This document shows, piece after piece, positions 23,726-35,694 of a DNA stretch of 54,045 nucleotides (positions are counted from its first letter, which is position 1; each line of letters opens with the position of its first letter). The translations under genes were made by a program, and so were the position numbers. The notes below the pieces were generated by a model. That model made no database searches. It saw only the letters and a list, made by a program, of their open reading frames with translations, and had not been told where the DNA came from. Origin of the DNA: Peribolospora baueri (lineage: Eukaryota); NCBI GenBank assembly GCA_029717555.1, contig JAMDHS010000067.1:62001-116045 (forward strand), given 5' to 3'.

Positions 23726-23733
23726 CTATAAAA
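23726..23733 (+). promoter_or_regulatory. TATA box
   Basis: CTATAAAA about 105 nt upstream of the ATG at 23833, in otherwise GC-rich DNA. Confidence 0.55.
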
Positions 23734-23832
23734 GCCGGCCGCCTGCCCTTGTCGCTTCCCCTCGTCCTGATCTATACCAACACCGATCGATACCGTCCAC
23801 GTCCTCTCCATCAACTCCGTCCAACACCACCC

Positions 23833-24349
23833 ATGCCAACTACCCACACCGTCTCCATGTCCGCCGCCGCTCCTCCGCCCCCGGCCCACCTTCGCACCGA
23901 CACACAGCCAGGCTCCCCCCGCCGCTCCGCCGGCGCTCGGGCGAGCAGCTACAGAGCACACCACCCACCGCCGTCCGTCGACCCGGTCCTGCCCGTCATC
24001 AACGTGCAGCCGTCGAGCAGGACCATGAACTCTTCCGTGTCTCCTCCCAAGCTCGCTGCCGCCCACGTCCGCGACCCGGACGTCGAGAATCTCAACATGG
24101 ACCTTGAGAAGCAGCAAGCCCGGTTTGACCATTCCGATCCAGTGCCCCTCGGTGAAAACAGGCTCAGAGGAGGCTGTGATGCCCTCTTCTGCATCCTCAG
24201 GTTCTTGTTGTGCTGCTTCATCTGGGAAGCCATTTGCGAGTGAGTCCCGGCGGCCCCATCCTCAACCGTAACCCCGGACCTCCCCCCGCTCGTGCTCATC
24301 TCTCTCCTTTCCCTTTCCGTCCACCAGCTGCGTCTGCTGCGTCCTCTGA
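23833..24349 (+). CDS. Small protein (about 142 aa): Pro-rich N-terminus, RLRGG motif, Cys-rich hydrophobic tail ending CCVL (exons 23833-24239, 24328-24349)
   Basis: GTGAGT donor at 24240, branch-like GCTCAT, pyrimidine tract and CCACCAG acceptor at 24327. Spliced end reads ...ENRLRGGCDALFCILRFLLCCFIWEAICDCVCCVL*. Confidence 0.75.
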
Positions 24350-25180
24350 GCCAGCCACGTCTTCGGCCCATCGACGCTCTTCCGTGAACCGCGGAGAGGA
24401 TTCGAAGGAGTGAAAGATCCCCCGTCGCGGCATCGGACTCTTTTTTTTTTTTTTTTTTTTTTTTCTTCCTTTGGTTGCGTCGGACTCGAGTGCATTTCGT
24501 ATCCATGGACGATCCGTATCGTATGACTTGGCTCTTCCTTTCCCTTCCTTCTTGTGCCTCCCTTCTCTTCCTCTCTCTCCCAACTCCTCGTCCTCCGCTC
24601 CTCCGCCCTCCGTTCCCTGTATTCCCCCGCGTCCAACGCAGTTTGTATTTTATCCCCCCTTCCCTTGGACACGGCTGGCACGAGCTGCTTGTCGTCCCTC
24701 CTCAATGCAAACCGAGCTTTCGTATGCCGCGCGAACGGCACAAGAAGGGCGGGCGTACGAAAGAGGGTGATAGAGCAGATGATGGACGAGAATGCAGGAC
24801 GGACGAGGAGGGACGGAGGATGTAGGACGGACGAGGAAGAGGGACGGACGGATGACGGAGGCCTCCTCACCGACCCGATCGAATTTCCTTCGATCAATCT
24901 TAATCCCCCCGCCCCGCCCGATGGCCCTCCCTCGCCTCGCCTTCGTCACTCGCACCGCACCTTCCTCCTCCTCTCCCTTTTCATCCTCACCCCGTCTCAC
25001 TACCGCTTTGTTTAGAAACGACTAGACAGGTCTGGAATTCTTTCCCCCCTCCCTAACCCTCCCCGGACCGCACGCGACCTTCTTTCTCCCTTCCTCGCTC
25101 GCCCTAGTTTTCACGCGCCCTCCTTCTCGTCTCCAAGCCGACCTCCAAACGGACGGACGGACGGACGGACGCAGGAGAGG

Positions 25181-26974
25181 ATGGGAAAAAAGAAAGGCGG
25201 ATCCAAGTCCAAAGCGGTGGCGAGACCACCGTCGTCGGATCGAATGTCGAGCCTCGTTAGGGATATTAACGTGAGTTTGACGCCGTCGTCTCGTCTCGTT
25301 TCGTTTCGTCTCGTTTCGTTTCGTCTTCTCCTTCCTTCCCTCCTTAGAGTCCAATCTTTTTCTGTTTCGTCTCTTCCCCGCCCCGATAGGCCGTCAAATC
25401 AGCCAACCCGGACGCCACCCCCTCCTCCGACTCATCGTCCTCGCAACTCGCTGACGGTCCTCCAGGGGGCACGCTCGACCTTGCTGACGAGCTCCTTGCT
25501 TCCCTCGACGAGCGGGATGAGGCTGAGCGCAAACAAAAAAAGGAAGAGGAGGAGGAGGAGGAGGAGAACAAGGAGGGAAACGAAAAGAACGGGTTTTTGG
25601 ACGCCGTAAAGGAAGCCGTTAAGGACTTGAAGCCTACGGACCATCAGCAGCACGAGCGCGGTGGCGAGGCGACGAGGAAACCGAACCGGCATAGACTTAG
25701 AATGGTGAGGGAGAGAGCGCACTCCGTTCGAGAAGTCATGTGTCCGTCCTTCTCATTCGCTCAGTCTATTTGCGTTCCCCTTCTCGCCTTCTCAGGAACG
25801 CAAAGCGGCTGCAGCCGCGGCTGAGAGGGCGGCAATAGAAGCAGAGGTGGCCAAGTCTGGAGGCACGAACGGGGCGTTGAGAGAGCAAAAAGCCATCGAC
25901 GAGTGGTGCGCCTCGCTCGGCGTCCGTACCTTCGAGGTCAGCGTTCCACTCGATGTTATCCACGATTCTCGTCCTCGCTCACCTGACTCCGCCCCCTTCT
26001 TGTCCAGATCTCGCCGGACGGACATTGTCTCTACGCTGCCGTAGCGGACCAGCTCAACATCAACGGTTTCGCCAACCCTGCGGTGGTGAGCATTCTCTTT
26101 TCCCTTTCAAGCCTGCGTTAGATGCCTCGACATGCGCTCTAACCCCCACGCTGCCTTTGCCGCTTTTCCTCCCTTCCCTCTTCCTTTATTATTATTATTC
26201 TTTCTTTCCTAGGCCGGCTACCAAACCACCCGTCGCACGGCTGCCGAGTACATGCGCGCCCATCCCGACGAGTTCAAACCGTTCTTGAGCGCAGAAGTGG
26301 ACGGCGATGGCACCGGAGACGGCACGCTGGACGATCGTCAGTCGCTCCTCTCTCTTTTTCTGTTTTCCGGCCCCCGTTGTGCGTCCGAGGCCTCTTTCTC
26401 ATCAATGGATTCTATACGCGGACAGGACAATACGCTCAGTACTGCGACACCGTCGAGAACACGGGCGAGTGGGGCGGTCAACCAGAGGCAAGCAGCCCAT
26501 CTCTTTCTTCTCTTCCCACCACGTCCGAGTGGCCGAGCGAACGAACGAACCCCCAGGCTTCTACCAGCTGTCCCGTGCGGTGCCGAGTACTAACTTTTTT
26601 TTGCTTTCCCCCAACCAACCCTCGCACAGATTCTAGCCCTCTCCCGCGCGTACGGCGTCCAGATCCACATCGTCCAAGCCGACTCGCCCATCGTCAAAGT
26701 GGGAGAAGGCGAACAGCCGCTGGACGGCGATAAGGGTACCGCAAGGCCACTTCGGATATCCTACCATCGGCACATGTACGGTCTCGGAGAGGTAGGTAGC
26801 TACGCCGGCCTTCCCTTCCTTCCTTCCTTTCTTTTTCTTTTTCTTTTTTTTTTTGCTCGCGGTGGCCCAAGCCAAGGCCTGGTTGGCTTGGAAGGAACCA
26901 CGCTCACCCGTTTCTTCGCTGTCCCGCCCCTCGTGCCCCCATTCCAGCACTACAACTCTTTGCGACCCGTCTAG
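25181..26974 (+). CDS. OTU2: OTU-domain deubiquitinase (OTUD6/Otu2-like), multi-exon
   Basis: Spliced ISPDGHCLYAAVADQL (catalytic Cys loop), AAEYMRAHPDEFKPFL, TGEWGGQPE|ILALS, ISYHRHMYGLGE|HYNSLRPV*. Confidence 0.92.
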
Positions 26975-27237
26975 ACGACCGTCCCGTGTCCCCCCCACCC
27001 TCCTCTGCACACCAATTCGCATCTCCTGTCGTCGCTGCGTGCAAACTCAGTAAAAAATAGAGTCCAAGGAGTGAACACAGTTCATTCATGGGTAGCCTTC
27101 GGCGGAAGTGTTCGTCTTACGAGTAAGTACAGAGAGTCATACCACTCGGCAATTCTGGGGTGAGAAACGGAGGCCAATAAAGACCAGGACGAGGAGGGGG
27201 AAGAGAAATGCTGTGCAGCCTACTACCGTACCGAAGC

Positions 27238-30200
27238 TCATTGAGGGTTGTTCATGATATCTATGTAACGACTCCGGACGCTCTTCTTCGCCCCTCCACT
27301 AGGCTTTCTGTTCCCAGCCGGGGGCGGACCAAGGCCAGGCGTGCCAGAGGGCCCGAGAGCGCTCGTTGACGCTGCCGCCCTTAGCGGCGGGGGCTGACTG
27401 GCTGGCGGCAGGTTTGGGTCCGCCAGGTTCGACCGTGCCCGCGGCGGCGGCGCACCAGGGCTGGGCATGGGCGGCAAAGGTGGTGCATCGCCTCCATTAG
27501 CACCAGACAACATCGGAGGCGTCGCAGGCCGTCCCATGGGCCCAGCCGACACCATCCGCGGCGGCATGCCAGGCGTGTTGTTCAGGTTCGGTCGCGTCAT
27601 CGAGGGCGAGACCGTCTGTGCTCGGGGTGGCGGCGGAGGGGTTGAAGCTGCAGTGGCATCACCGCCAGCCTGTGACAGGAAGATAACACAGGGTGCATGG
27701 AAGCGTCAGGCGTCAGTCTTCAACACATCTTGTGGCGCTTTAAGAGGAAACGCAGCTAAGCGCGGCAACTCGCCTTCTTATTGACCCATCGCTTGAGCTC
27801 GCTGTCATAATAAAAGGTCGTCTCCTCGCCGAGATGCGCCTTGACAGCTTTCTTGTCGCCCATGTCGGCAGAGGCTCTCCGACTGCCCCACCATCTCCCC
27901 AGCCAAGAAGACGTTTGTTTGAGTTCTGAGCACGGAAACAACAGTAAGGCAATCCAGTTAATATCGGTAGAACTCGGAACGCTGGTTCGACGAGGTCAGA
28001 CCACTTGTGACAGCGATATCCTTCATCCTACTGACCTGGCTTCTTCTCTTCTTGTTTCTCCTTCGCCTCTCCCTGATTGTGATCAGTTTGGGACACGTTC
28101 TTCTCGTCCTGCCCCTGACTCGGCTTGGATTTTGAATTGCCGAGTCCGAGGTCGTCATCGAAGTTGTCCGCGTCGTTGGATTGCCTTGCGCCGCCTCCGC
28201 CTCTCCCATAAGCATGCGTCGACGCGGGAACGGGAGTGGTAGACTTGGACAAGGCCGCCATCGGGGAGATGAAGCCAGAGGTATCGGGCAACTCGGCGCC
28301 TGGGTTTGAAACGAGGTAGGTCGTAGGTCGACCTGCACCGTCGCCTCCTGTCGCCTCGCCGTTCGAGCCACCGGCCCACCACGGAGTGTCGCTCGTCGCA
28401 TTCGTGCCGGGATACGGCCCCTCCGTGTCGGCCGCCGATGTGGAATGCACGTAAGCGTCCGATGAAGAACTCTCATAAGGATTGAGCGACTCCTCTGCCA
28501 CTGATTCCGGGTAGTTACTACCGGGCGGGGGACGATGCTGGGACATGGCCGAAGTCGTTCGGGAGGGACCGCCCTGCGCAAAGTCGGCCTGTGACTGCGA
28601 TCTCGACAAAGTGCCTGAGCCGCCCTGCGGCGTGATGGCGCTGAAATGAGAAAAGGCGCTGACGGCCGGCTGCACTGCGCCACCCGCTCCGTTCGCACTG
28701 CTTTTCTCCACTTGCGCGCCATCCTCGTCTCCGGCAATAAACTTCGTGAAACGGCCTTCCAGAGCACCCCACAAGTTGTCCAGCGTTGGTCTCTGCATCT
28801 TGCGCGTGATCCAAGAGCCGCTCTTGTCCAGGTGAGGAGTGCCGACGATGCGGTCGGACAAATCCTTGAGATGCTTCAACAAAGCAGGGTGGTAGTAAGG
28901 CGAATGCTTTCCTGCCTTCAGCGTCCCAGCAATCGCCTCGCAGTACCTGCAAAAGCGAAGGCGAGACGGGCATACTCATCAGTCTCAATCTTTGACGAGA
29001 CACAAGAACCAAATACGCATGAGAACTCACTTCTGCGCCTCGGACACGTAGCCCAACTCCGCCAATTCCCAAGCGTGCACGAGCCTGTACGCCTGGAGAT
29101 GTGGCAAACCCGTAAACGGCTCCTGTCCCTTCGTTGCCGGAGCAAGGCTAAGAGCGAACTCAAGCACTTCGGACATGAGGATGCCGTCCATGTCGCGGTG
29201 GAAGGTCGTGTTCCGCTTCGGATGATCTGTACCTAGGACGACCAGACGCACGTTTGGCACGTCCGCCCCGCCCAACGGCGAAGTTTGCATCGACAAAAGA
29301 TAGCTAAAGCATACGAACGTTCACTGGTCATGATACGCGTCGAGGAGGTTGCGAGCAGAGGAGAAGCGAGCGGACTCACCAGACATGTCCGGCTTCTATC
29401 CAGCCTCCTTGAACGAGCATGTCCCCCAGGCTCGTCAGCGCTATCGAATCGCCCGCTGTCCGGTTGGCAAGGATGGTCGCAGCAGCCTCGCGCCACTTCT
29501 TTAACGAAGCCGAAACATTACCGTCAGGAGCGTAATGTTCCGCTTTGAATGCAGGTGATACAGGCAGTGGCGTCCATACGGCGGGGCTGAGAAAGCCGCC
29601 TGGTCTGGCGGAGTGAGGAGGATTGGATGGATTAGAAGACTGTGTCAATTGGTGGACCGCGGAGGCACCCTGGCCCGAGAAAAGGCTGTAGGCGACACGT
29701 AGGCTCTCCCGCCCATTCGACCGAACGCTTTGAGGCGAGCCGTCCGCAGCCGAACCAAGCTCATGACGGATGAATGCGTTGGTGACGTTTTTCCAGGACT
29801 CCTTATCGAGAGCGCTCGATATGATCAGTGCGTGGGACCACAACTTCTCTTGCACCGCAAAGTCCACCGCCGCTCTTCGTTCACCGCGGAGGAGTAGCGC
29901 TTGGATTCGGTCGACATGAGACGAGCGGACTTCGTATTTGATCGAAGCCGTATCGTCTGAAAGACTACGTCGACCAGCTGGCGTGATCGAGTAGGCTTCC
30001 TGCGTTGACGAGGTCAGATTGAGGTCGGCGGTATCTGAGGCCTCCGGTGCAAGGATGAAGCGGATGGAGGCATCCAATTGCGGGCTACACGTGAAAACGA
30101 GGACCCAGCGTCAGCAGTTGCCGCCCAAAGTGGGCCGGTCGGACGATAAGGCTCGAGCTACTCACTGTCCTCCCAGCTGGCCGTCGTTCTCGAGCATAAC

Positions 30201-32663
30201 GACCAGCAGCTTGAGCAGAACAATCCGATCGTTTGATCGTCTCCACTCATTGATCCCCTCCTCCGCAGCTGCGTCGTACCCGACGGCTCCGTCCGCAGCA
30301 AGCCCATGAGTGGATCGTCGCCTTCGCAAGTACCCCAGACCTTTGCTCATCTCGTCAATGCGCTCCTCGAGGTGCTTCATCAGGAGCGTCTTCTTGGCCT
30401 TTCCGCCTCCGCCAACAACCCCTACCCCTGCAGCCCGCGTCATCAGTGCACTCGGCTGCGATCCGCCCTCCATGAAGGCAGGGCCGGGGAACGTGCCGAC
30501 GTCGAAGGTCGAGGCGAACGCAGAGGTCTGGACGACATCGGCAATGGGCCGCATAGATAGTGTGGTAGACGACCCACCTCCCGGAGCGATGGTGTAACCT
30601 CCGAAGCCGTCCGCCTGGGTGATTGAGCTGGACGGGAAGAAGGTGACAAGCTTACCGCCGAACCCAAAACTCACGACAGGAACGCGAGTGTTGCGTCGAA
30701 GCGGGTCAGGGGGCACGCCCGATCCAGCTGGAGGAGAGCTGTAGGGGGCCGGAGCAGACTTGTCAACTGCGAAGCCGCCCACCTGGGCGATGGGGCTCGG
30801 GGGGGAGAAGGTCACAACCTCCCCGCCGAGGCCATAGCTCGGAACGGTATCGCCAGCGTCGCGTCGAAGCTGGTCGGGCGCTGCAGCTGATCCAGCGGGA
30901 GGAGAGCTATAGAGGGTCGGAGGAGACGCGTCAAGATATGCGGGACCGTGTCCATGTCCTTGTTGGCCGTACGTATTCTCATAGGGTTGATATGATGACT
31001 CCTGGGGTTGGACCTCACCGGTCCAGCTTCCTTGCTGCCCGTATGGAGTCTCGTACGGTCGGGCCTCCCCGTCCCGCGGCGCCAAATTAGACCAATCTCC
31101 TTGCTGCCCGTATTGATTCTCTTGGAGATGTACCTCTCCGGGTTCCTGTGCCGCACCATACCCACTTCTTTGCTGCCCGTATGGATCCTCCTCGTACCCA
31201 CTTCCTTGCTGCCCGTATGGATCCTCCTCGTACCCACTCCCTCGCTGCCCGTATTGAGTATCGTAGGGCTGGTATACCTCGCCACCAAGACCAAAGCTCG
31301 TCGTGGGAGCGCCAGCGTCGTGCCCAAGTGGGTCGGGCGGCACAGCGGATTTAGCCGGAGGAGAGCCGTAGGGGGCCGGAGCAGAGGCGTCAGGTTGTGA
31401 CGCATCGTACCCACTTCCTTGCTGCCCGTATGGATTCTCCTCGTAAGGTTGGTACTGAGACTTCTGGAGCTGAACCTCGCCGGCCCAGCTTCCTTGCTGT
31501 CCGTATGAAGTCTCGTACGGTCGAGCCTCTCCGTCCGCCGGCGCCGAATTGGACCAATCTCCTTGTTGCCCGTATTGATTCTCCTGGGGATGGACTTCTC
31601 CGGACCCCTGTCCCACACCATACCCACTTCCTTGCTGGCCGTATGGATTCTCCTCGTAAGGTTGGTACTGAGACTCCTGCGGCTGAGCCTCAGCGGCCCA
31701 GCTTCCTTGCTGGCCGTATGAAGTCTCGTACGGTCGAGCCTCTCCGTCCGCCGGCGCCGAATTGGACCAATCTCCTAGCTGCTCGTATTGATTCTCCTGG
31801 GGATGGACTTCTCCAGACCCCTGTGCCGCACGATACCCACTTCCTTGCTGGCCGTATGGATTCTCGTAAGGTTGGTACTGAGACTCCTGCGGCTGAGCCT
31901 CAGTGGCCCAGCTTCCTTGCTGTCCGTATGAAGTCTCGTAGGGTTGAGCCTCTCCGTCCGCCGGCGCTGAATTGGACCAATCACCTTGCTGCCCGTATGG
32001 GTCCTCCTGGGAATGGGCCTCTACGTTCCCCTGTATCGGACCGTACCAGTTTCCTGCCTGCGCGTAAGGCGTTTCGTAGGTACCGGCTTCTTCAACTGTG
32101 CCACCATGTGTAGAATACGGGTCGTTGGACGTCGTTGATGGACCAAGTGAAGAGAAGGGGTCGTCGGACGCCGTTGGCGGCCCAAGCGAAGAAAATGGGT
32201 CGTCAGACGTCGATGGCGGGGCAAGCGAAGAGAAGGGGTCGTCGGACGTTGCTGACGGCATATGAGAAGGGAATGTGTCTTCAGCCGCCGGTTTCCCGCC
32301 ACTAGGCTCATCAGAACGTTCCGGCTCGGCTTCTTCGGCGATGCCACCAAGTAAAGAGAAAGGGTCGTTGGCCGTCAATGGCGGGCCAAGCGAAGAGAAG
32401 AGGTCGTCGGGCGTTGCTGACGGCACATGAGAAGGGAATGGGTCTTCAGCCCCCGGTTGCCCGCCACTAGGCTCATCAGCATGTTCCGGCTCGGCTTCTT
32501 CGGCGATGCCACCAAGTGAAGAGAAAGGGTCGTCGGACGTCGATGGCGGGCCAAGCGAAGAGAAGGGGTCGCTAGGCGTCGACGGGCCGGGGCCGAACAG
32601 GGCAGCCGCGCTGCCGATGCTGAGCGTTCTTGCCTTTTTCTGCTTCTCCGCCTCGTCTGCCAT
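27238..32663 (-). CDS. SEC16: COPII scaffold Sec16, multi-exon, with a repeat-expanded N-terminus
   Basis: PVVSFGFGGKLV, LLLRGERRAAVDFAVQEKLWSHALIISS, LKKWREAAATILANR, LPHLQAYRL..A..LAELG...AQK|YCEAIA, AHLGEETTFYYDSELKRWVNKK, RSRYIDIM. Confidence 0.92.
30960..32010 (-). repeat. About 177-180-bp coding tandem repeats (about 4 copies, Y/Q/G-rich) plus a nested 33-bp repeat x3 in SEC16 exon 1
   Basis: Repeated peptide QQGDWSNSAPADGEARPYETSYGQQGSWA.E.QPQESQYQPYE(E)NPYGQQGSGY; inner YEEDPYGQQGSG units at about 31160-31255. Confidence 0.9.
32135..32580 (-). repeat. PPSTSDDPFSSLG-type coding repeats in the SEC16 N-terminus
   Basis: About 8 D(D)PFSSL units and two longer GGIAEEAEPE..DEPSGG..AED.FPSH units. 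Confidence 0.85.
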
Positions 32664-32926
32664 GGTGAGAGGGCGATGGCGATGGATGAGCGGGATGGAA
32701 GCAAAGGGGAAGCGAAGAGATGGATGGCGGAAGTGGTGCGTGATACGCGACCACGTATGATCTCTCGATACAGCTCAGCTCGGTGACACTTCACGTGGCG
32801 GACGGGCCCAGCGGCGATGGGCGGACGTAGCACGGACGGTCTCTCGAGCACGTGCTCCTCCGTCTCGGCCACGGTCCCCCCACCATACACGCCCGTACCG
32901 TCGTCATGCCTTGCTGTGACTGACCG

Positions 32927-33674
32927 ATGTCGTCCGTATCCAAGCCGCCCAAGCTCACCAACCTCTACCACCAGCGGGTCGCCGGCACAGAGAAGCCGTG
33001 CTGGGTGTGCCTCCGGCCGAGCGCGACCGTGCTCTCCTCCGTCTCTTGTCCGAACGAGGACTTCATGTGAGTTCGGTCGCCTTCGTCCGGCTACCCCTTC
33101 TCGCCTAGCAGGCGTCGGCGGGCTGGTTCTGGAAAAGAAACGACGGCCTCATCCTCTCCGTCGTCCTCGTCTGTCCCCTGCCAGCTACGTCTGCTTGTCC
33201 CATCTCTCCGATCGCAACTTTGCGTCGCCGTTCGTGGACCCCGGCGCACAGAAGGACGATGGTCCAGCGTTGAAGGAGAGGGTCGGGGAGGAGGAGATCC
33301 AAAAGGTGAAGGAGGAGTGGGAAGCACGGAAAAAGGAGAAAGAGAAGAAAGCCAAGGAAAAGGAGAAGGAGAAGGGTAAAGAGGGCAAGGAGGAGGGGGA
33401 TTCCAAAGGTGACAAAGGCGAAGACAAGGGTAAAGACAAGACCTCCAAAGCGTCCAAATCTCCACCACCGACTGCCGTCTCTCCCACAGCCACCCCGAGT
33501 AGACCGCCACAAGTGCAAGGAGGCCATAAGAAGTTCACTCTCCATCGCGACTTCTTTGCCATGCGCCAGTCGGCCATCAAGAAGAAGTATACCGCCGCTC
33601 AGGCCCAAATTAAGGCCGCCGCCATGCCCAAGGCTCCTGTGGTCTTCCCCAGTATCCCCAAGTCGGATCCTTGA
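32927..33674 (+). CDS. VFA1: Vps4-associated protein 1 (DUF1742), 2 exons
   Basis: MSSVSKPPKLTNLYHQRVAGTEKPCWVCLRPSATVL...EDFI|YVCLSHLSDRNFA..., Lys/Glu-rich linker, KFTLHRDFFAMR, FPSIP. Confidence 0.85.
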
Positions 33675-34680
33675 GCGGAGGGTCACTTCGAACGGAGTCG
33701 GTTCGTTAGGGAGTTGTCGAAGTCGCCGGCTCGAAGGATGTCCTCTACGATGCGAACGGACGTGAAGGCGCAAACTCGAGGAGCGCACCAGGCAGAATTA
33801 GTCGTCGCTGCAACAGCTTACTCGTGAAGACGATTGCTAGCTTGGGAACGCTAGACGAGTAAGGCACTTCACTTAAGGGAAACGGAACAGAAGTCGAGCA
33901 GCGGAATTTGCCCCGAAGAGGGTCAGTCTTCCTTCGTTCCGCCCGCCATTGTGCCAGGCACGACATACATGTACATACCGTCCGAGTGAGAAGGATAGGA
34001 AGCTAGCGCGAGGTGAGTTGTCTTCCCCTCGTCCTTTGCCGTCGTCCGTGACTTGAAACGCCAGTTGTCACTGCGCAGCCCTGCTCAAACGCTGTCTTCC
34101 TCCCCTTCCAGCCTCGCTCTTGTCATTCAATAAATATCTGGTTCCTTCTTCCCGGAAAACCACTCGCAGATGGAGGGAGTGGAGGGAGAAAGGGCTGAGA
34201 GAAGCAAGCCAGGGTTACTACCTGAGCGCCATTTCAGCGAATTTACCGCATGGCGAGGGTACCTTTACCCCGCCATTGTCTGGAACGCTAGGGTCTCCGT
34301 AGTAAAAGATATGCCCGGTGTTTGAAAGGCACTCCAAACGTTTGCTGAAAGGCGCTTACTTCCCCCTGTTGAACTGTTCATCGGACGAGTGCTCATTCTG
34401 CACGTCAGCTCGACTCTGGGAACGTGTATATCGGTTTGAACGGGATGATGTATCTCAGTGCGGTCACGGTTGTTGGCATGAACATGCAGCAGTTCGAAGA
34501 GTGCCCCTCTGCCGCGTCCGCAACTTCCTCAGGGGCGCGGTTCTCTCTTCAAACGCGGCACCTGTGTCGCATCATGGTAGTCCTTTCACGCGGGGGCGCA
34601 AAGGGTATCCTCTATTCTCAAGGTCCAAAGTGAGAGCGACCACGGAACGATGAGCCTTCACTATCGCCGCCACAGGCACG

Positions 34681-35694
34681 TCAAAGGATCCGACTTGCGA
34701 TGCCGAAGCCGATGCCAGCTCCGAAGCCTTGAGGTAGAAAATAGGCGGGACAAGAGGTCGAGATTAGTCTCGATGACGCCGCCAACAGATTCGTCCGAAG
34801 GAACTCACCTCCGAGGGCGGCGTCCCCGACCCTGTTGCCGACCTTTCTGAGCTTGCTGTTTTCCGCTACCTCCTGCTTATCCACGGGAGTAGGAGCGCCG
34901 GGCCGCTGGGGTTGGGGGTTCAAGGACGTTCCGGAAGAGCTCCACTTGCTCATCGTCGGCTTCTCCTCAAAGGGTGGTGGGGCGGATCCCTTCCGCCATG
35001 AAAATGAATCGCACTCTTGAGGAGGAGGTGGAGGTGGACTAGCCACAAATCTGGGACGAGCGGCCGAGTCTGGCAATCTAAAGGATAGGAAACTCAAGTA
35101 GTGAGGACCTGGGGCCGCATATGCGAGACGCCGGTATGCAAAACTCACTTCTCGACATGGTTGGTTGGGAATAGACCCTCCACCCCAGGGTTCCTCTGCA
35201 GCTCCCCTCGCCACCAGTCATCCGATACCTCCTCCAGAATGACGATTAGGTCGCCTTTGTTGAAGGCCAAGTCGTCCGGGGCCTGTCCGCAGCAAGACGG
35301 GTGCGGCGAATCGGCTCAGTATCGGCTGTGGACGAGGCGGGCGACCGGCCCATATTTGGTCCTGACCCAGAGCAAGCGAGCCACTCACCTCGCCCGCGTA
35401 GTCCCAGAGCGCCTTTGCCATTCCCACGCCTTTCTCCGTCTGCGCCGCCAGCGGCGTTTTTCGTGGAAGGAAGGCAGCAGGTGTCTTCTTTGCCGCGTCG
35501 AAGCGAGAAGGAGGCATATGCCTCGCCGACGACGCAGACGAAACCGGCTGCTCGTGGTCGGCGATGAGAGAGGAAACCGAAGGGAGGTTGGACCTGATGG
35601 TCGACGCCTGCGTCGCCGTAATGAGCCCTTGGGACGCGAGGAAGGCCAAGTCCGAAAGCAAGCGGGAAAGAAGATGATTCGTAGCAGCGTCCAT
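34681..35694 (-). CDS. SH3-domain protein, PIN3/LSB1-like (4 exons)
   Basis: AKALWDYAGE|APDDLAFNKGDLIVILEEVSDDWWRG...GLFPTNHVEK, poly-Pro stretch, C-terminal KVGNRVGDAALGG|FGAGIGFGIASRIL. Confidence 0.85.

Noticed and set aside
30960..32010. CRISPR-like or satellite array
   Set aside because: Units are frame-preserving coding repeats within SEC16 with no unique spacers, in a eukaryotic context.
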